Shown: piece after piece, positions 42,040 to 51,419 of the stretch | Layout of the letters: the number at the start of each line of letters is the position of its first letter | How positions within the stretch are numbered: the stretch's first letter is position 1 | IMG/VR virus record: IMGVR_UViG_3300037189_019086 | DNA from: an uncultured virus (IMG/VR IMGVR_UViG_3300037189_019086) | Taxonomy: Duplodnaviria > Heunggongvirae > Uroviricota > Caudoviricetes | Length of the DNA: 64,000 nt | Direction: 5' to 3' (one strand) | Position numbers and translations under genes: made by a program | The notes under the pieces: generated by a model | Databases searched by the model: none | Seen by the model: only the letters and a program-made list of their open reading frames with translations | Told to the model about the DNA's origin: nothing

Positions 42040-43705
42040 GCCCGACCTCAGCCGCTTCCAGGGCACCCGCGAAGAGCAGGTTGCCCAGGCGCTGGCCCAA
42101 GATCCGAGCCTCGCCCGGCCTCTGCCGCCGCTGAGCCGCCCCAAGCAGCTCGCCCAGGTCGAGATGGCCAGCCGCATCCTGGCGCGGCGCCGCTTCTTGC
42201 CGTTCGTCAAGCGGATGAACGACCGCTACGACGACGGCTGGGTCCACCGGGACATCTGCGCCCGCCTGGAGCGCTTCAGCGACGACGTGGCGGCCGGCAA
42301 GAGCCCGCGGCTGATGCTGCTGATGCCCCCGCGGCACGGCAAGAGCGAGCTGGCGTCCAAGAACTTCCCTGCGTGGCACCTGGGGCGCTTCCCGGACCAC
42401 GAGTTCATCGCCTGCTCGTACAACTTGTCCCTGGCGATGGGCTTCAGCCGCAAGGTCAAGCAGATCATCGACGACACCCTCTACAAGACGGTGTTCGACG
42501 TGAGCCTGGACAAGAACAACCAGAGCACGGAAGAGTGGGCCATCGCCGGCAGGCGCGGCGGGTACGTCGCGGCCGGCATCGGCGGGCCGATCACCGGCAA
42601 GGGCGCGCACGTCCTGGTGATCGACGACCCCGTGAAGAACGCCGAAGAGGCTGACAGCGGCGACGCCCGCGAGAAGATCTGGGAGTGGTATCTCTCGACG
42701 GCCTACACGCGGCTGGCGCCCGGCGGAGGCGTGCTGGTGATCCAGACGTGGTGGCACGACGACGATCTGGCCGGCCGGCTCCAGCAGATGATGGCGGCCG
42801 GCGAGGACGACGACGACATCGACAAGTTCGAGGTCGTGAAGTACCCGGCCATCGCCGAGTCGGACGAGTACCTGGACCCCGTCACGAACCGGATCGTCCA
42901 CAACACGCCCACGCCCGGCGCCACGCTGCTGCGCAGCAAGGGCGAGGCGCTGCACCCCAGCCGCTACCCGATCAAGGCGCTCAGCAAGATCAGGGCCCTG
43001 AACCGCAAGAGCGACGGCTCAGACGGGCGCTGGTGGAGCGCGCTGTACCAGCAGAACCCTGTCCCTGACGACGGCGTCTACTTCAACAAGGAGCAGTTCC
43101 GGCGCGGGCCGGTGCCGCACGTGAAGCGGGCCAACGTGATGATCGCCTGGGACTTTGCGATCAGCGAGAAGAAGCAGAACGACTACACGGTCGGCACTGT
43201 GGGGCTTCAGGACGAGAACGATGTGCTGCACGTGGCGGACGTGGTCCGGTTCCGCAGCCAGGACGCGTTCTTCATCGTGGAATCTATTTTGGATCTAGCG
43301 TCGAAATGGTACAGTCCGACGCTAGTTCTAGGGTTTGAAGACGGCCAGATCTACAAGGCCATCAGCGCGGTGCTGAAGAAGCGCATGCTCGAACGGAAGC
43401 TGTATCCGTCGATCCAGGTGCTGACGCCGATCACCGACAAGATGGCTCGGGCCAGGGCGATCCAGGGGCGCATGCAGCAGGGCATGGTCAGTTTCTCGGA
43501 CAGCGGCGAGTGGTACGACGTGGTCCGCGCCGAGATGCTGAGGTTCCCGGCCGGCGTGCATGACGACTGCGTCGACTCCCTGGCCTGGGTTGGACATCTG
43601 GCTATCGCTCGGACCCCGCCGCAGAAACCCAGAGCACAGGTGGTGAAGTCATGGAAAGACCGGCTGAGAGCCCTGTCGAGCAGCGGCGGGCACATGAGCG
43701 CATGA
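41606..43705 (+). CDS. terL: Terminase large subunit (start uncertain)
   Basis: MPPRHGKS, GPITGKGA, VIDDPVKN, LYQQNP, AWDFA, FPAGVHDDCVD. Confidence 0.95.
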   Translation: MPSKKLPSTHSSVSSTATAGRTSTSRQPSAAKSTRKTPATPNSAATSPTAAAKPSAKPTGKPSTSASPKSKAPASRTASAKKAGPKAPKPSATPSGAGGRASATVRTQTGTPKPPPSKPRASRPSSTSESLPELPASSTLTSPSEPDLSRFQGTREEQVAQALAQDPSLARPLPPLSRPKQLAQVEMASRILARRRFLPFVKRMNDRYDDGWVHRDICARLERFSDDVAAGKSPRLMLLMPPRHGKSELASKNFPAWHLGRFPDHEFIACSYNLSLAMGFSRKVKQIIDDTLYKTVFDVSLDKNNQSTEEWAIAGRRGGYVAAGIGGPITGKGAHVLVIDDPVKNAEEADSGDAREKIWEWYLSTAYTRLAPGGGVLVIQTWWHDDDLAGRLQQMMAAGEDDDDIDKFEVVKYPAIAESDEYLDPVTNRIVHNTPTPGATLLRSKGEALHPSRYPIKALSKIRALNRKSDGSDGRWWSALYQQNPVPDDGVYFNKEQFRRGPVPHVKRANVMIAWDFAISEKKQNDYTVGTVGLQDENDVLHVADVVRFRSQDAFFIVESILDLASKWYSPTLVLGFEDGQIYKAISAVLKKRMLERKLYPSIQVLTPITDKMARARAIQGRMQQGMVSFSDSGEWYDVVRAEMLRFPAGVHDDCVDSLAWVGHLAIARTPPQKPRAQVVKSWKDRLRALSSSGGHMSA

Positions 43706-43923
43706 CCGCGGACCAGTTCGTCTGGTGGATTCGCGGCTACCTCGCCGGCGCCGTCGGCACGTTCGACCCGGCCACCGTCCGCGACGCCGTGGACCGCGTC
43801 GGCCCAGTCCACACCCCGCCCGCACCCACTCCGCCCAGCCTGCTCGGCGCGCTCGGCCACTGCCTGAAGTGCGGCAAGTCGCTCAACGGCCTCGGCTCGC
43901 CGCACTACTGCGCCCACCCCTGA
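43702..43923 (+). CDS. Small protein with C-terminal Cys/His knuckle
   Basis: ATGA overlap with the terL stop; CLKC...HYC. Confidence 0.6.
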   Translation: MTADQFVWWIRGYLAGAVGTFDPATVRDAVDRVGPVHTPPAPTPPSLLGALGHCLKCGKSLNGLGSPHYCAHP

Positions 43924-43932
43924 AGGATCGCC

Positions 43933-44190
43933 ATGCCTCTGCCTTTCGCTGCTCAGCTCGTCCGCGCCGTCGGTGGCTTCTCGGCTGCTGCCGTGACGCC
44001 CAGCGACGGCACCGTGTTCGCACCCTCGGCCATCTACGTCGGCGGCGCCGGCGCAGTGGCGGTGATGCCCGCTGACGGCGTCGGGCCGGTCACGTTCTCA
44101 GGCGTGGCCGCAGGCACCGTGCTGCCGGTGCTGGTGACCCAGGTCTACGCCACCGGCACGACCGCCACCCTGATGGTGCGCCTGCCGTGA
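43933..44190 (+). CDS. Putative head spike-base/decoration protein (RcGTA Rcc01079-like)
   Basis: AVTPSD...IYVGGAG.VAV...GTVLPV...V.ATGTTAT. Confidence 0.65.
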   Translation: MPLPFAAQLVRAVGGFSAAAVTPSDGTVFAPSAIYVGGAGAVAVMPADGVGPVTFSGVAAGTVLPVLVTQVYATGTTATLMVRLP

Positions 44191-44260
44191 AGCCGTCACC
44201 CATCGCAGCCGCCGTGCGCCAGTTCCTGTTCGAGCTGACTTTCGCCCGGGAGAAGACGCG

Positions 44261-44626
44261 GTGAGCTACGCCTGCGCCGAGCTGGTCGCCCGCTGCTTCG
44301 CGGCGCGCACCTCCGCCCACTACCTGCACTTCCGCACCACGTCGTTCGCCGAGCACGTCGCGCTGGAAGAGTTCTACACGGCGCTGCTCGACGTGACTGA
44401 TCGGTTCGCCGAGTGCCACATGGGCGTCGAGGGCCAGTTCAAGAAGTTCCCGCACGCGCCCATCCAGCAGGACGTGAGCCCGACCGAGCTGCTGACGGAC
44501 CTGCACAAGTGGGTCGCTGACCACCGCGCCGAGTGCGCCGACGGCAGCACCGAGCTGGCGAACCTGATCGACGAGATTCTCTCGGTCATCGACCGCAGCT
44601 ACTACAAGCTGAAGTTCCTGAAGTGA
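44261..44626 (+). CDS. Dps/ferritin-like four-helix protein (DUF5856-like)
   Basis: HYLH..T.SFAEHVALEEFY...DRFAE...YKLKFLK. Confidence 0.7.
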   Translation: MSYACAELVARCFAARTSAHYLHFRTTSFAEHVALEEFYTALLDVTDRFAECHMGVEGQFKKFPHAPIQQDVSPTELLTDLHKWVADHRAECADGSTELANLIDEILSVIDRSYYKLKFLK

Positions 44627-44636
44627 AGGGCTGACC

Positions 44637-46772
44637 ATGCCGCTGAATACCGCCGACGCGATGAAGGTCTGGTACAGGTACGCCTGGTGCCGCGACAACG
44701 GCCACAACCGCTTCGTCGACAAGGCGGACCAGTGCGAGAAGTTCTTCGCTGGCGACCAGTGGTCGGCCGAGGACAGGCTGAGGCTCAAGCAGCAGCGCCG
44801 CCCGGCGCTGACGATCAACAAGATCATCAGCACGCTCGGCAACGTCATGGGCGAGCAGATCTTCCGCCGCAACGAGGTGTCGTTCCGGCCGCGCACCAAG
44901 GCGTCCACCGACACCGCTGCGGTGCTCACCAAGGTGTTCAAGCACATCAGCGACCGCAACCAGCTCGACTGGAAGCGCAGCGACATGTTCGCCGACGGCG
45001 TGATCACGAGCCGGGGCTTTCTCGATGTCCGCATGGAGTTCGACGAGAACATGCAGGGCGACGTGGTCATCGAGAACATCAACCCGAAGAACGTCATCGT
45101 CGACCCGGACGCCGAGCAGTTCGATCCGGACACGTGGAACGAGGTCTTCACGACGAAGTGGATGACCGCCGACGACATCGTCATCCTGTACGGCAAGGAG
45201 GACGGCGAGGCGCTGCGCAACCGCGAGCAGAGCTTCTTCCCGTACGGCTACGACTCCATCCAGGCCGGCCGCGACCGCTTCGGCGACCGCTTCAACCCGG
45301 CGTACCCCGGCCCGTTCGACCAGTCGAGCGTGCAGCGGAACATGCGCGTCATCGAGCGCCAGTACCGCACGCTGGACCGCCAGAAGCACTTCCTCGCGCC
45401 GCAGACCGGCGACATGCGGCCGATCCCCGAAGATTTCGACCGCAACAAGATCGCGTGGTTCGTCGAGAAATACGGCTTCCAGGTCGTGCCGCGGATGGTC
45501 CACCGCATCAAGTGGGTCGTGGTCTGCGACAACTTCGTCCTGAAGGACGAGTGGAGCCCCTACAAGCACTTCACCGTGGTGCCGTACTTCCCGTACTTCC
45601 GCTACGGCAAGACCATCGGCCTCGTCGAGAACCTGCTGGGCCCGCAAGAGCTGCTGAACAAGACCTCCAGCCAGGAGCTGCACGTCATCAACACCACCGC
45701 GAACAGCGGCTGGAAGCTGCGCTCGGGCGCGCTGACGAACATGAGCACCGAAGAGCTGGAGCAGCGCGGTGCCGAGACCGGGCTGGTCGTCGAGGTGAAC
45801 GGCGACCCGGACAAGGATCTGGTCAAGATCACCCCGAACACCATGCCCACCGGCCTGGACCGGGTGTCCTACAAGGCCGAAGAGCACATCAAGACGATCA
45901 GCGGCGTCAGCGACTCGATGCAGGGCCACGACCGCGAGGACGTGGCTGCCAAGGCGATCCAGGCCAAGCGCCAAGCCGGCACGACGAACCTCGCCAAGCC
46001 GCTGGACGCCCTGGTGCGCACGGACTTCGTCTTGGCGCGCAACGTGCTGGACCTCGTGCAGGAGTTCTACACCGAGGAGCGCATCCTGACGATCACCAAG
46101 GACCGCATCACCGGCGACACCGAGACCTTCACGATCAACGAAGTCACGCCCGAGGGCGAAATCGTCAACGACCTGACGCTGGGCGTCTACGACGTGGTGA
46201 TCGGCTCGGCGCCGCAGCGCGAGACCCTGGAGGACAGCCAGTTCGATCAGGCCGTGGCACTGCGCGAGATGGGCGTGATGATCCCTGACGAGGTGCTGAT
46301 CGACGCCAGCCGCCTGATCGACAAGAAGTCGATCATCGAGAAGATGCGCGCCGGTCAGGACTCGCCGGAGGCGCAGGCCCAGCGCGAGCTGGCGCAGCGC
46401 GCCGCGCAGGCCGAGGTCGGCAAGACCGAGGCGGAGATTGCCCAGAAGAACGCCGACGCCGGCCTGAAGCAGGCCAAAGCCGCCAAGGAGCGCGTGACCG
46501 CCCAGAAGGAGGCGATCACGCCGCCCGAGGACAACGGCATCGAGGTCAAGATGATGACCGCCCAGGCGGACATGCAGATCAACCGCGAGAAGGCCGATCA
46601 GGAGATGGAGCTGGCCGAGCGGAAGTTCGAGTTCGACCAGCAGCTCGAAGCCCGTGAGGCGGCGCAAGAAGCCCGCCTGCGGGAAGAGCAGGCAGCGACC
46701 GAGCGGATGGTCCGCGTTCAGCAGGCCAGCCAACCCCAACCCCAACCCGCAACCCAAGGAACCCCGAAATGA
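44637..46772 (+). CDS. Portal protein (P22-like)
   Basis: FFAGDQW, RPALTINKI, GLVENL..PQ..LNK, coiled-coil C-terminal barrel. Confidence 0.9.
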   Translation: MPLNTADAMKVWYRYAWCRDNGHNRFVDKADQCEKFFAGDQWSAEDRLRLKQQRRPALTINKIISTLGNVMGEQIFRRNEVSFRPRTKASTDTAAVLTKVFKHISDRNQLDWKRSDMFADGVITSRGFLDVRMEFDENMQGDVVIENINPKNVIVDPDAEQFDPDTWNEVFTTKWMTADDIVILYGKEDGEALRNREQSFFPYGYDSIQAGRDRFGDRFNPAYPGPFDQSSVQRNMRVIERQYRTLDRQKHFLAPQTGDMRPIPEDFDRNKIAWFVEKYGFQVVPRMVHRIKWVVVCDNFVLKDEWSPYKHFTVVPYFPYFRYGKTIGLVENLLGPQELLNKTSSQELHVINTTANSGWKLRSGALTNMSTEELEQRGAETGLVVEVNGDPDKDLVKITPNTMPTGLDRVSYKAEEHIKTISGVSDSMQGHDREDVAAKAIQAKRQAGTTNLAKPLDALVRTDFVLARNVLDLVQEFYTEERILTITKDRITGDTETFTINEVTPEGEIVNDLTLGVYDVVIGSAPQRETLEDSQFDQAVALREMGVMIPDEVLIDASRLIDKKSIIEKMRAGQDSPEAQAQRELAQRAAQAEVGKTEAEIAQKNADAGLKQAKAAKERVTAQKEAITPPEDNGIEVKMMTAQADMQINREKADQEMELAERKFEFDQQLEAREAAQEARLREEQAATERMVRVQQASQPQPQPATQGTPK

Positions 46773-47824
46773 AGCTGCACTGGATCTTCAACCGCTACAT
46801 GGGCCCGGCCGGTGATGACACTGGCGGCGGCGCTGCCACGCTCGACCGCGGCGACGACTTCACACCCACCGGCCCGGACGCCAAGGGCGAGCCCGAGGTC
46901 ACGATCACCGACGACGACCTCAAGAAGGTGCCCAAGGCCAAGCCGGTGAAGACCGAGGCGCCGGCGCCCGAGGACGAGAAGGACGTCGACCCGGACAACC
47001 CGGACGCCGACGAAGAGGACGACGAGGACAAGGCCGAGAAGGACGACAAGAAGACCCGCAAGGACACGCGCATCCCGCTGGCCCGGCACAAGGAGATTCT
47101 GGCCAAGGAGCGCGCCCAGCGCGAGGCCCTGGAGCGCCAGCTCGCCTCCACCAAGCAGGCCGAGTCCATCGCCACGACGAACGAGCAGATCGCCGCCGCC
47201 GAGACCGCGCTGCTGACGCTGGAGAAGGAGTACGCCAAGCTGGTCAGCGACGGTGAGCACGAGAAGGCCGCCGTGAAGATGGGCGAAATCCGCCGGACCG
47301 AGCGGGGCATCAACCAGGCCCGCCAGACCTTCGAGGTCCAGGCAGCCGAGGCACGGGCCTACGAGCGCGTGCAGTACGACAACACCGTGGAGCGCCTCGA
47401 AGCGGCGTACCCGGTGCTGAACGAAGACCACGACGACTTTGACGCCGAGCTGATGGCCGAGGTGGTCGAGCTGCGCGACGGCTTCATCGCCACCGGCAAG
47501 TACACCCGCGCCCAGGCCATCAAGAAGGCTGCCGAGACCCTGGTCGGCGTGAAGACCGCCAAGCAGGCCACCGCGGTGAACACCGAGGTGCGCGTGACCA
47601 CCGAGGACGTGGCCAAGGCCAAGGCCGCTGACCGCGCCGCTGCCCAGCGCGCCAAGAACGGCAAGGTGGCCGCTGCCCAGCCGCCCAGCACCAAGGGCGT
47701 CGGCGCGGACCACGACAAGCTCGGCGGCGTCATCACGGCCGAGGCGGTCATGAAGATGAGCCAGGACGACTTTGCCAAGCTGCCCGAGTCCGAGAAGGCC
47801 CGGTTGCGGGGAGACGACCTGTGA
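46769..47824 (+). CDS. Scaffolding protein
   Basis: Acidic N-terminus, RIP..R, coiled coil, KMSQDDFAKL...LRGD; between portal and capsid genes. Confidence 0.78.
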   Translation: MKLHWIFNRYMGPAGDDTGGGAATLDRGDDFTPTGPDAKGEPEVTITDDDLKKVPKAKPVKTEAPAPEDEKDVDPDNPDADEEDDEDKAEKDDKKTRKDTRIPLARHKEILAKERAQREALERQLASTKQAESIATTNEQIAAAETALLTLEKEYAKLVSDGEHEKAAVKMGEIRRTERGINQARQTFEVQAAEARAYERVQYDNTVERLEAAYPVLNEDHDDFDAELMAEVVELRDGFIATGKYTRAQAIKKAAETLVGVKTAKQATAVNTEVRVTTEDVAKAKAADRAAAQRAKNGKVAAAQPPSTKGVGADHDKLGGVITAEAVMKMSQDDFAKLPESEKARLRGDDL

Positions 47825-48030
47825 GCGCACTCGCACCGCACCAGGAGCGCGTCGTCGCCGAGAAGACGGAGCTGGACGCCAAGCTCGTCGCGCTGCTGGC
47901 GTTCTTCCAGGGCCCGATCTTCCCCACGCTGCCGGCGGACGAACAGATCCGCCTCCGCTGTCAGGCCCGCTTCATGGACGGCTACTCGGCCGTCCTGGGC
48001 GAGCGCATCAACGCATTCAACAAGGAGTGA
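47821..48030 (+). CDS. crAss001_48-like helical hairpin protein
   Basis: HQERVVAEKTELDAKL..L..F...Q...M..YS.VL.ERI. Confidence 0.72.
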   Translation: MSALAPHQERVVAEKTELDAKLVALLAFFQGPIFPTLPADEQIRLRCQARFMDGYSAVLGERINAFNKE

Positions 48031-48032
48031 AC

Positions 48033-48419
48033 ATGGAACGCATCCAATCCCCGCGCACCGACGACGCCGGCATCGAAGCCGAGATTGTGGCCAAGGGCCT
48101 GACCGCCCCGCGGGTCACGCCGGCCGACATCGAGGCCAACATCGCCTCCGAGTGGTTTTTCACGGCCGGCGACGCGGCCCTGGCGCACGTGTCGGGCGAG
48201 CAGCGCCCGCGGCACGCCCTCGACTTGCTGACCTTCTGCGTGCTGGTGCTGCGCAACGGCTTCACCGTCACCGGCGAGAGTGCCTGCGCCAGCCCCGAGA
48301 ACTTCGACGCCGAAGTGGGCAAGAAGATCGCCCGCGCCAACGCCGTGAACAAGATCTGGCCCCTGATGGGCTACGAGCTGCGCACCCGGCTCGGCCACGG
48401 CGCAGCCAGCCCGGACTGA
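48033..48419 (+). CDS. Phage gp49/66-family protein (candidate Acb4-like nucleotide sponge)
   Basis: APRVTPADIEA...LTFCVLVLRNGFTVTGESACASPENFDAEVG..IA..NA..KIWPLMGY; AAGGAG RBS. Confidence 0.82.
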   Translation: MERIQSPRTDDAGIEAEIVAKGLTAPRVTPADIEANIASEWFFTAGDAALAHVSGEQRPRHALDLLTFCVLVLRNGFTVTGESACASPENFDAEVGKKIARANAVNKIWPLMGYELRTRLGHGAASPD

Positions 48420-48461
48420 TCCCCAGTTGTCTCCTCTCGTGGCCTGAAAGCACGAGTTCAC

Positions 48462-48490
48462 ACGGCCCGCTCTTGCGGGCCGTCTTTTTT
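48462..48490 (+). terminator. Intrinsic terminator
   Basis: ACGGCCCGC-TCTT-GCGGGCCGT followed by CTTTTTT. Confidence 0.8.
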
Positions 48491-48626
48491 CGATTAGACT
48501 TCGATCTATTCCGGTTTCAGGTCGGGTTCACGAGAGCAACCCACACGCATCGTTGGTCGTGACGAGACACGGCAAGGCGGCCGAGTGGCCACAAGTCTTG
48601 TTCCTGATCCGTGAAGGAGGTGCCAC

Positions 48627-49754
48627 ATGGCACTCACCAACTTTGCCCTGCTCACCAACGAGCAGAAGACCGTCTGGTCGATGGACCTGTGGCGCCAAGC
48701 GCGCAACATGAGCTTCGTCAACAAGTTCCTGGGCAAGGGCCCGAACTCGCTGATCCAGCACATCACCGAGCTGAAGAAGTCCGAGAAGGGCGCCCGCGCC
48801 GTCATCACGCTGCTGGCCGACCTGACCGGCGACGGCGTGGCCGGTGACCGCACCCTGGAGGGCAACGAAGAGGCGATGCAGACCTTCGATCAGGTCATCC
48901 GCATCGACCAGCTCCGTCACGCCAACCGCCACGAAGGCAAGATGGCCGACCAGCGCTCGGTGGTCGAGTTCCGCAACAACAGCCGCGACGTGCTGGCCTA
49001 CTGGCTGGCCGACCGCATCGACCAGATGGCGTTCAGCGCCCTGGGCGGCCGCAGCTTCGGCACCCGCCCGGACGGCTCGACCCGCACCGGCTCGGACCTG
49101 CCGTTCCTGGACTTCGCCAACGACGTGACCGTGCCGTCGCCCAAGCGCATGCTGCGCTGGGACAACACCGCCAAGGCGCTGCGGGACAGCGTGTCGGGCA
49201 GCAACACCTCGGGCTCGGTGGTCGCCACCGACACCCCGTCGTGGGAACTGTTCGTGCAGCTCAAGGCGTACGCCAAGGACCGCTACATCCGCGGCGTGAA
49301 CGCCGAGGGCGGCGAGGAGACCTACCACGCCTTCCTGACCCCGCAGGCGATGGCCAAGCTGAAGCTGGACCCGACGTACTTGCAGAACCTGCGGCACTCG
49401 ACCCAGGCCAGCAAGAACGACACGCTGTTCACCGGCAGCACGGTCAAGATCGACGGCATCTACCTGCACGAGTTCCGGCACGTGCCGAACGTGTCGAGGG
49501 CCGTCAGCGGCGTGGGCAAGTACGGCTCGGGCCTGAACATCGAGGGCTCGCAGGTGCTGTTTTGCGGCGCGCAGGCGCTGGGCATGGCCGACATCGGCGC
49601 CCCCGAGTGGAACGAGAAGGGCTTCGACTACGAGAACAGCCAAGGCATCGCCATCGGCAAGATCCTCGGCTTCCTGAAGCCCAAGTTCGGCACGATCTAC
49701 GAGAACAACACCGTCGAAGACTTCGGCGTGCTGTCCGCGTTCGTCGCGCAGTAA
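48627..49754 (+). CDS. Major capsid protein (N4-gp56/DUF4043-like)
   Basis: ELKKSEKG, L.GDGV.GD.TLEGNEE, IDQLRHA, LFCGAQAL, DFGV; AAGGAGG RBS. Confidence 0.9.
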   Translation: MALTNFALLTNEQKTVWSMDLWRQARNMSFVNKFLGKGPNSLIQHITELKKSEKGARAVITLLADLTGDGVAGDRTLEGNEEAMQTFDQVIRIDQLRHANRHEGKMADQRSVVEFRNNSRDVLAYWLADRIDQMAFSALGGRSFGTRPDGSTRTGSDLPFLDFANDVTVPSPKRMLRWDNTAKALRDSVSGSNTSGSVVATDTPSWELFVQLKAYAKDRYIRGVNAEGGEETYHAFLTPQAMAKLKLDPTYLQNLRHSTQASKNDTLFTGSTVKIDGIYLHEFRHVPNVSRAVSGVGKYGSGLNIEGSQVLFCGAQALGMADIGAPEWNEKGFDYENSQGIAIGKILGFLKPKFGTIYENNTVEDFGVLSAFVAQ

Positions 49755-49784
49755 TCGGCCGACAACCGCGAAAGGAAACGCACC

Positions 49785-50282
49785 ATGCCCCGCATCATCG
49801 CTTCGCGCACCGCGCAGTACCCGCTGACCCAGGACTTCATCTTCCAGCACAACAACTGGGTGGTGGACTCCGTTGACGGCGCCAAGAAGACCCTCGGCTC
49901 GACGGTGGCGCTGTCCACCGACCCGCTGGAGCCCGGTCTGACCGGCCCGGTGGCCAACACCATCACGTTCGACTGCGCACCGATGCCGCCCGGCGCGGTG
50001 ATCACGGGCGGCGAGGTGATCGTCGAGACGGCCTACGCCGGTTCGACCGCCGCCACGCTGAGCCTGGGCATCGCGGGCACGCTGACCGCCCTGCTCAACG
50101 CGGTAGACATCAGGAGCGCGGCCCGTACCGCGCTGACCCTGACCAGCCCGCTGCTGTGCAACGCCGGCCAGAACGTGCGCGCCACCATCGCCTACACCGT
50201 GGCCAACGCCACGGCCGGCCGCGTCCGGGTGTCGATCACCTACAAGGTCGACGGCCGGGCGCACGAAGTCCAGGTCGCCTAA
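49785..50282 (+). CDS. Virion structural (decoration-like) protein
   Basis: Beta-rich T/A/G composition, follows the capsid gene. Confidence 0.65.
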   Translation: MPRIIASRTAQYPLTQDFIFQHNNWVVDSVDGAKKTLGSTVALSTDPLEPGLTGPVANTITFDCAPMPPGAVITGGEVIVETAYAGSTAATLSLGIAGTLTALLNAVDIRSAARTALTLTSPLLCNAGQNVRATIAYTVANATAGRVRVSITYKVDGRAHEVQVA

Positions 50283-50298
50283 GCAGGCGAGCTGAACA

Positions 50299-50320
50299 AG
50301 ACGGGGCTTCGGCCCCGTCT
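50299..50320 (+). terminator. Terminator-like hairpin
   Basis: AGACGGGGC-TTCG-GCCCCGTCT; weak U tail. Confidence 0.6.
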
Positions 50321-50349
50321 CTCCATCTACCCACACCAAGGACACCCAC

Positions 50350-50754
50350 ATGCAGCCCGTCGCCGCCCAACCGATGAAGTTCGTCATGCACCGCAAGCGC
50401 ACCGTCGCCTCGACGTGCGGCCTGTCGGTCGAGTTCGAGAAGGGCGTGCCGACGCTGGTGCCCCCGGCCATGTTCGCCGAGGTGATCGCTGTGGGCGGGG
50501 TGCCCGAGAACGAAATCCCCGACGACGAGCTGCCGCTGGGCAAGCCCACGCCGGCCCAGCTCGCCGAACGGGAGCAGCAGATGTTCGCCGCCTTCGACGC
50601 CATCGTGAAGCGCGCCTCCCGCGAGGACTTCACGGCCGGCGGCGTGCCGCACAACACCGTGCTGTCGCGTGAGCTGGGCTGGTCGGTCCAGGCCAAGGAG
50701 CGCGACGCTGCCTGGGTCAAGTACACCGCCGGCGCCGCGGCCCGGGGCGACTGA
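50350..50754 (+). CDS. Hypothetical morphogenesis protein
   Basis: AAGGA RBS; REDFTAGGVP motif. Confidence 0.7.
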   Translation: MQPVAAQPMKFVMHRKRTVASTCGLSVEFEKGVPTLVPPAMFAEVIAVGGVPENEIPDDELPLGKPTPAQLAEREQQMFAAFDAIVKRASREDFTAGGVPHNTVLSRELGWSVQAKERDAAWVKYTAGAAARGD

Positions 50755-51407
50755 TGACCCCGAGCGAACTGCTCGCCGTCTTTCGGGACGAGATGTCCGA
50801 CACGAAGGTGCCGTACCTCTGGTCGGACGACTCCGTGATCGGCTTCCTCGACGACGCGCAGAAGCAGTTCACCCGCCTCACCGACGGCATCCCGGACTCG
50901 ACGACCACGGCGGTCGTCGATCTGATCATCGCCCCCACCTACACCGACGTTCTGTCGCTGCACCCCTCGATCCTGAAGATCAGGTCCGCGTACAGGGTCG
51001 GTGAGGGCACCTCGGTCGAGGTCGTGAACCTCGAAGACATGGAGCCGCGGGGCATGCGCTTCGACGGTCGTGTCGGCCGCGTGCGCGCCATCGTCACCGG
51101 GATGGACCCCGACAAGGTGCGCCTGTGGCCGTTCCCGAACCAGAACGACACGGTGCGCCTGTCGGTGTTCCGCAGGCCGCTGACCACGATCACCGACAAC
51201 GAGGCGCTGGAGATTCCGTCGGATCACCACCTCGGGCTGCTGAAGTGGATGAAGCACAGGGCCTACAGCGTCCATGACGCCGAGACCTACGACAAGACCA
51301 AGGCCGAGGACTTCGAGCAGGAGTTCTACGCCTACTGCACCCGCGCCAAGGTCGAGCAGGCCCGTGCGCGACACAAACCTCGCTCCGTCGCCTACGGCGG
51401 ACTCTGA
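50754..51407 (+). CDS. Putative head-tail adaptor
   Basis: FRDEMSD...YLWSD, LWPFP, EIPSDHH..L..W...AY. Confidence 0.7.
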   Translation: MTPSELLAVFRDEMSDTKVPYLWSDDSVIGFLDDAQKQFTRLTDGIPDSTTTAVVDLIIAPTYTDVLSLHPSILKIRSAYRVGEGTSVEVVNLEDMEPRGMRFDGRVGRVRAIVTGMDPDKVRLWPFPNQNDTVRLSVFRRPLTTITDNEALEIPSDHHLGLLKWMKHRAYSVHDAETYDKTKAEDFEQEFYAYCTRAKVEQARARHKPRSVAYGGL

Positions 51408-51419
51408 TCGGAGCCGCAC

